The notes under the pieces: model-generated
The model's input: only the letters and a program-made list of their open reading frames with translations
Databases searched by the model: none
Told to the model about the DNA's origin: nothing
Part shown: positions 59,456-64,000 of the stretch, in pieces
Position numbering within the stretch: position 1 is the first letter of the stretch
Layout of the letters: each line of letters opens with the position of its first letter
Made by a program: the position numbers and the translations under genes
Virus record (IMG/VR): IMGVR_UViG_3300042887_000846
DNA: 64,000 nucleotides
Reading direction: 5' to 3' (one strand)
From: an uncultured virus (IMG/VR IMGVR_UViG_3300042887_000846)
Taxonomy: Duplodnaviria > Heunggongvirae > Uroviricota > Caudoviricetes

Positions 59456-61255
59456 ATGCCATACGTTAAACGATTCTTAAACAAATCCGGTTTCACTAGC
59501 CCTATTAGCGGCGCTAACAGCAATTCGGGCACATGGAACAATAGCCCAAATAATAATGGGGGTGTTAGCGACGGCTATAATAATGCCGATTGGGGATACC
59601 GCAACTATATGAGTAGGCTCCCTGAAGTTTATACAGGGCATCCAAATAGAATAGAACGTTATAATCAGTATGAGATGATGGACGTTGACGCAGAAATCAA
59701 CGCATGTTTAGACATCATTTCAGAATTCAGTACACAGAAGAACGAACACAATGGCACACCATTCAATATTGATTTCACTGAAGATCCCACACCTCATGAA
59801 GTTAATATATTGAAGCAACAGTTACAGCAATGGTGTAAATTAAACGAATTTGATCAAAGAATCTTTAAGATATTCCGTAACGTTGTCAAATACGGTGATC
59901 AAGTATTCGTTCGCGACCCGGAAAACTTTAAACTATATTGGGTCGATATGGTCAAAGTGATCAAAGTCATTGTCAATGAGAGTGAAGGTAAATTACCGGA
60001 ACAATATGTTATTAAAGACCTTAATATTAATTTACAGAATCTATCGGTGGCTCAAAAAACGAACACTGATTTTGCCGCTAACCCCGCAACTGGATTAGGC
60101 GGTAGTGGAGGCGGAACTAACACGCCATACACAGTTCCAGCAATGCCATACAATACATCTGGTAGCCGTTTTACATTAGGTCAGAGTGAAGCCGCTATTG
60201 ATGCGAAACATATAGTACATTTAAGTCTGACTGAAGGTTTAGATAGATTTTGGCCGTTTGGTCAGAGTATATTAGAAAACATCTTCAAAGTCTATAAGCA
60301 AAAAGAATTGCTTGAAGATGCTGTGCTAATCTATCGTGTTCAACGTGCACCAGAACGTAGATTGTTCAAGATTGATGTAGGTAACATGCCAAGTCACATG
60401 GCTATGGCATTCGTTGAGCGTATCAAGAATGAGATTCATCAACGTAGAATACCAAGCGTGTATGGTGGGCAATCTATCGTAGATGCTACGTATAATCCAC
60501 TGTCGATGAACGAAGACTATTTCTTTCCCGTCACAGCAGATGGTCGTGGATCAAGTGTAGAAGTCATGCCAGGTGGTCAGAATCTAGGCGAGATCGATGA
60601 CTTGCGTTATTTCAATAACAGATTAGCACGTGGATTGCGTGTACCAAGTTCATATTTACCAACAGGTCCAGATGACAGCGATAGACCATTAAGTGATGGT
60701 CGTGTTGGCACAGCATTGATTCAAGAATATCGTTTTAATCAATATTGCGAAAGACTACAGAACTATATGTCTATCACACTAGACGAAGAGTTCAAATTGT
60801 TCTTACGTTGGAGAGGCTTCAATATTGATAGTGGTCTCTTTAAATTAACATTCAATCCACCACAGAACTTTGCTGCATATCGCCAAAGCGAATTAGATAC
60901 AGCCAGAGTTAGTGTATTCCAAACAATGGAAGCGTTTCCATACATGAGTAAACGTTTTGCTATGGAACGTTTCTTAGGTTTATCTGAAGAAGAGATAACA
61001 CAAAATGAGAAGATGTGGCGTGAAGAGAACGGCAAAGAACCGTTAGAGGAACCTAAAGGCAACGATCTACGTAGCGTGGGTGTAAGTAATGCTGACATCG
61101 AAACAGACGAACAGACTGGAGACGAGATGGAGGCACCTCCTGAAGGTGAAGAAGGTATGGATGTTGCAGGCCCAGTAAGCGCAACTCCTGCGGGAACAGG
61201 ACCTGAAACAGGCGGCGCCGCGGCACCCGCTACTCCCGCAAGTCCACCAGTATAA
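59456..61255 (+). CDS. Portal protein (T4 gp20-like)
   Basis: LLEDAVLIYRVQRAPERRLFKIDVGNMP, EDYFFP...GRGSSVEVMPGGQNLGEIDD, LRVPSSYL. Confidence 0.95.
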   Translation: MPYVKRFLNKSGFTSPISGANSNSGTWNNSPNNNGGVSDGYNNADWGYRNYMSRLPEVYTGHPNRIERYNQYEMMDVDAEINACLDIISEFSTQKNEHNGTPFNIDFTEDPTPHEVNILKQQLQQWCKLNEFDQRIFKIFRNVVKYGDQVFVRDPENFKLYWVDMVKVIKVIVNESEGKLPEQYVIKDLNINLQNLSVAQKTNTDFAANPATGLGGSGGGTNTPYTVPAMPYNTSGSRFTLGQSEAAIDAKHIVHLSLTEGLDRFWPFGQSILENIFKVYKQKELLEDAVLIYRVQRAPERRLFKIDVGNMPSHMAMAFVERIKNEIHQRRIPSVYGGQSIVDATYNPLSMNEDYFFPVTADGRGSSVEVMPGGQNLGEIDDLRYFNNRLARGLRVPSSYLPTGPDDSDRPLSDGRVGTALIQEYRFNQYCERLQNYMSITLDEEFKLFLRWRGFNIDSGLFKLTFNPPQNFAAYRQSELDTARVSVFQTMEAFPYMSKRFAMERFLGLSEEEITQNEKMWREENGKEPLEEPKGNDLRSVGVSNADIETDEQTGDEMEAPPEGEEGMDVAGPVSATPAGTGPETGGAAAPATPASPPV

Positions 61256-61268
61256 GATAAATAATAGT

Positions 61269-61499
61269 ATGAAACTATTTGAAATGTTTGATGCTCCAAT
61301 AGCAGGTTATCAAGATGTCAATCAAGATAACAGCAAACCTGTATGGAGAACTTCACGCAAAACTAAATTAACGTTGAAACAATTGCGTAAATTGCGCAAG
61401 ATGTTGGATGTTCGTAACTATGAAAAGAGAGAACATCTAAAGAAAGTGCGTGAGCAGTATGGCGCGGCCAATCAGCCTCAAGAACAGGCTGCTGCCTAA
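61269..61499 (+). CDS. Small basic hypothetical protein in the head module
   Basis: 76-aa ORF with RKTKLTLKQLRKLRK; GATAAATA at 61256-61263. Confidence 0.75.
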   Translation: MKLFEMFDAPIAGYQDVNQDNSKPVWRTSRKTKLTLKQLRKLRKMLDVRNYEKREHLKKVREQYGAANQPQEQAAA

Positions 61500-61542
61500 T
61501 CTGGCTATTCTTAGCCTTATTTCCACAAAAACGTAAAAAAAT

Positions 61543-61563
61543 AGCACTTATTGAGTGCTTTTT
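61543..61563 (+). terminator. Putative intrinsic terminator (possibly bidirectional)
   Basis: AGCACTT-ATT-GAGTGCT hairpin followed by a T run and preceded by an A run. Confidence 0.55.
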
Positions 61564-61617
61564 ATAACTACGCACTAAATAATTTTACAAAGCCATTTTT
61601 AACCAGGAGAACTTACA

Positions 61618-62412
61618 ATGGAAAACAAGAAATTTGAACAGCTTATTGACCTCATTATCAATGAGCAAGAAGACAGAGCAAAAGAATTATTCCACGAGAT
61701 CGTGGTCGAAAAGTCCCGTGAAATCTATGAGTCAATCATGGATGAAGAGATGATGGATACTGAAGAATCATCAATGGTGGGCGAAGTAGGCGATCTAATG
61801 GACGAAATCTCAGCCGAAGAGTCAGGTGACGTTGTAGAAGCCGAAGACGAAGCAGACATCGATTTTGACGATGAAGCAGAAGAAGCAGGCGACGATTTAA
61901 CTGGCGATCTAGAAGCAGATCATGATGAAGAAGGTTCAGTTGATAAGGCTGACTTAGGCGACATCAAAGATAAACTAGATGATCTAATGGCTGAATTTGA
62001 ATCACTCATGAGCGGTGACGCAGACATGGGCGACGAAGAAGAAGTTGAAGATGACATGATGGAAATGTCAGATGATGCTATGGAAGAAGAAGTTATGGAA
62101 GCAGTACAACTTCAGAAAGTATCAGTAACACACGGTGATAATGGCGCTCAAACAAAGAGCCCAGTAACAGCAAATTCAGGAGCAAAGGGAATGGACAGCA
62201 AGCCTGTCAAATTCGCAGGCGCTGCTGAGTCTGTACCAAATGGTCCAAAAGGCCCATCAAATGAGTACAGCAAGAAAGAAGGCGATCTACCAGGTGCAGG
62301 TTCATTCAAGAACGTACCAGGTGGTAAAGCAAAAGTTGATTTAACTGCTGCACCAAAACCCGTAACCAAAGATGGCTCTGCAAATAGCAAGAGCATCGTG
62401 GCCAAAGGCTAA
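61618..62412 (+). CDS. Acidic prohead core/internal scaffold protein
   Basis: Very Asp/Glu-rich, between portal and protease; AGGAG SD; CTAAATA at 61575. Confidence 0.6.
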   Translation: MENKKFEQLIDLIINEQEDRAKELFHEIVVEKSREIYESIMDEEMMDTEESSMVGEVGDLMDEISAEESGDVVEAEDEADIDFDDEAEEAGDDLTGDLEADHDEEGSVDKADLGDIKDKLDDLMAEFESLMSGDADMGDEEEVEDDMMEMSDDAMEEEVMEAVQLQKVSVTHGDNGAQTKSPVTANSGAKGMDSKPVKFAGAAESVPNGPKGPSNEYSKKEGDLPGAGSFKNVPGGKAKVDLTAAPKPVTKDGSANSKSIVAKG

Positions 62413-62434
62413 TTAAAAGGAAACTTGGAGAACA

Positions 62435-63082
62435 ATGGCTTTGTATCTCAAAGAGCACCTAACGTTCGATAGAGCGAACATGGTTGTCGAATCCGTAAAG
62501 GAAGACGGCGATCTGAAGACCCTCTATATGAAGGGTATCTTCATTCAGGGAGGGGTAAAGAACGCAAATGAGCGTGTTTACCCCATTTCTGAAATTGAGA
62601 CCGCAGTCGAAACGTTGAACAAGCAAATATCTGAAGGTTATTCAGTGTTGGGTGAAGTAGATCACCCAGACGATTTAAAGATTAACCTAGACCGTGTAAG
62701 TCATATGATCACAAGTATGTGGATGGATGGCGCAAACGGTTTCGGTAAATTAAAAATTCTACCAACTCCAATGGGTCAATTAGTAAGAACTATGTTGGAG
62801 AGCGGTGTGAAACTAGGCGTTTCAAGTCGTGGATCAGGTAATGTGAACGACTTAGATGGCAAGGTCAGTGATTTTGAAATCATCACTGTAGATATAGTCG
62901 CACAACCAAGCGCACCTAACGCATATCCTAAAGCAATATACGAAAGCCTCATGAATATGAAGCATGGTCATAAAGTTATGGATATCGCTAGAGAAGCAAG
63001 GGGCGACAAAAAGGTACAAAGATACTTAGGTGAGGAAGTTAAACGTCTCATCAAGGATCTTAAATTAAATAATAGGGGATAA
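62435..63082 (+). CDS. Prohead protease (T4 gp21-like)
   Basis: GIFIQ...NANERVYP, LGEVDHP, GVSSRGSG, DIVAQPSAPNAYP. Confidence 0.95.
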   Translation: MALYLKEHLTFDRANMVVESVKEDGDLKTLYMKGIFIQGGVKNANERVYPISEIETAVETLNKQISEGYSVLGEVDHPDDLKINLDRVSHMITSMWMDGANGFGKLKILPTPMGQLVRTMLESGVKLGVSSRGSGNVNDLDGKVSDFEIITVDIVAQPSAPNAYPKAIYESLMNMKHGHKVMDIAREARGDKKVQRYLGEEVKRLIKDLKLNNRG

Positions 63083-63086
63083 AAGC

Positions 63087-64000
63087 ATGTTAGATGCTAT
63101 CAAACCATTACTAGAGAGTGGTCTAATCAATGAAGAAGTCTCAGGCGAAATTCAAAAGGTCTGGGAGTCAAAGTTGACTGAAGCCCGCGATCAAGTACGT
63201 GCAGAACTCCGAGAAGAGTTTGCGCAACGTTACGAGCATGATCGTAGCGTGATGGTTGAAGCCCTTGATAAGATGGTAACAGAAAGCCTCTCAACTGAAA
63301 TTGCAGAATTTCACGATGAGAGAAAGGCTTTAAACGAAGACCGCGTAAAGGCTAAGATCAAATTGCAAGAAAATGCATCGAAGTTCAATGAGTTCATGGT
63401 TACTAAACTAGCCGAAGAAATCAGAGAACTACGTAATGATCGTAAAGTCCAGACAGAGAATCAACAAAAGTTAGAGAAATTCATTGTACATGCTCTTGCA
63501 AAAGAGATCAAGGAATTTAATCAAGACAAACAAGCAGTTGTTGAGGCTCGTGTCAAGTTGGTCGCAGAAGGTCGTGAGAAACTTGAAGCACTCAAGCAAA
63601 AATTTGTTGCAGAAAGTGCTAAGAGAGTCAACGCCGCTGTTACTGGTCATTTGAAGGGTGAACTATCACAACTCAGAGAAGACATCAAAACAGCCCGAGA
63701 AAATGCTTTTGGACGCAAGTTGTTTGAAGCGTTTGCAAGTGAATACTCTGTAACTTATCTAAACGATAAGGCAGAGGCTCGCAAACTTCATTCAGTTATT
63801 GCAGAAAAAGAAAGAGCATTGGCTGAGGCTACTTCAAAGGCTATAGAAGCCCAGAAGTTAGTCGAAACAAAGGATCGTGAAGTCCGAATTATAAAAGAAT
63901 CAACTCAGCGTGAAAAGGATATGGAAAAACTTCTATCTCCTCTAAACAAAGAGAAGGCTGATGTAATGAAGGCTTTGCTTGAAAGCGTGCAGACACCAAA
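63087..64000 (+). CDS. Prohead scaffolding protein (T4 gp22-like), partial; not in track
   Basis: ATG at 63087 (MLDAIKPLLESGLINEEVS...WESKLTEARDQVRAELREEF); coiled coil open to the window end, following the protease. Confidence 0.8.
   Translation, partial: MLDAIKPLLESGLINEEVSGEIQKVWESKLTEARDQVRAELREEFAQRYEHDRSVMVEALDKMVTESLSTEIAEFHDERKALNEDRVKAKIKLQENASKFNEFMVTKLAEEIRELRNDRKVQTENQQKLEKFIVHALAKEIKEFNQDKQAVVEARVKLVAEGREKLEALKQKFVAESAKRVNAAVTGHLKGELSQLREDIKTARENAFGRKLFEAFASEYSVTYLNDKAEARKLHSVIAEKERALAEATSKAIEAQKLVETKDREVRIIKESTQREKDMEKLLSPLNKEKADVMKALLESVQTP

Noticed and set aside
14354..62405. Many antisense ORFs in the track (e.g. 14354..15082, 57075..57950, 60763..61299, 46653..47021)
   Set aside because: They lie opposite well-supported genes with biased codon use and show no recognisable motifs; they are shadow ORFs.
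1202..63082. No called gene ends in TAG: possible amber recoding
   Set aside because: Long genes are intact under the standard code with no in-frame TAG, and TAG is commonly rare in AT-rich phages.

Overview
This window is part of a large T4-like (myovirus-type, probably jumbo) dsDNA phage genome using the standard genetic code. From 47.3 kb leftward (minus strand) it carries a baseplate/tail module: tube-initiator-like, gp53-like, hub-like, gp5-like, gp25-like and gp6-like genes, a 6540-aa multidomain giant protein and fibre-like proteins. This runs into an unbroken ~13-kb operon with six tandem radical SAM enzymes, about four glycosyltransferase-like genes and two SGNH-like paralogs. The plus-strand block at 47.4-54.0 kb encodes a gp55-like late sigma factor, gp47/gp46 (Mre11/Rad50-like) with a sulfotransferase-like gene between them, an SDR, a seventh radical SAM and a resolvase-like nuclease. 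A densely structured ~410-nt non-coding element follows. Next come a gp26-like gene with an apparent -1 frameshift extension, a tape-measure-like protein with an amidase domain, and the head module (portal, core, protease, scaffold). T4-like late promoters (TAAATA core) recur upstream of structural genes. The top candidates for novelty are the radical-SAM/glycosyltransferase operon and the structured element at 54.05-54.46 kb. All product calls come from motif recognition by eye, not database searches.
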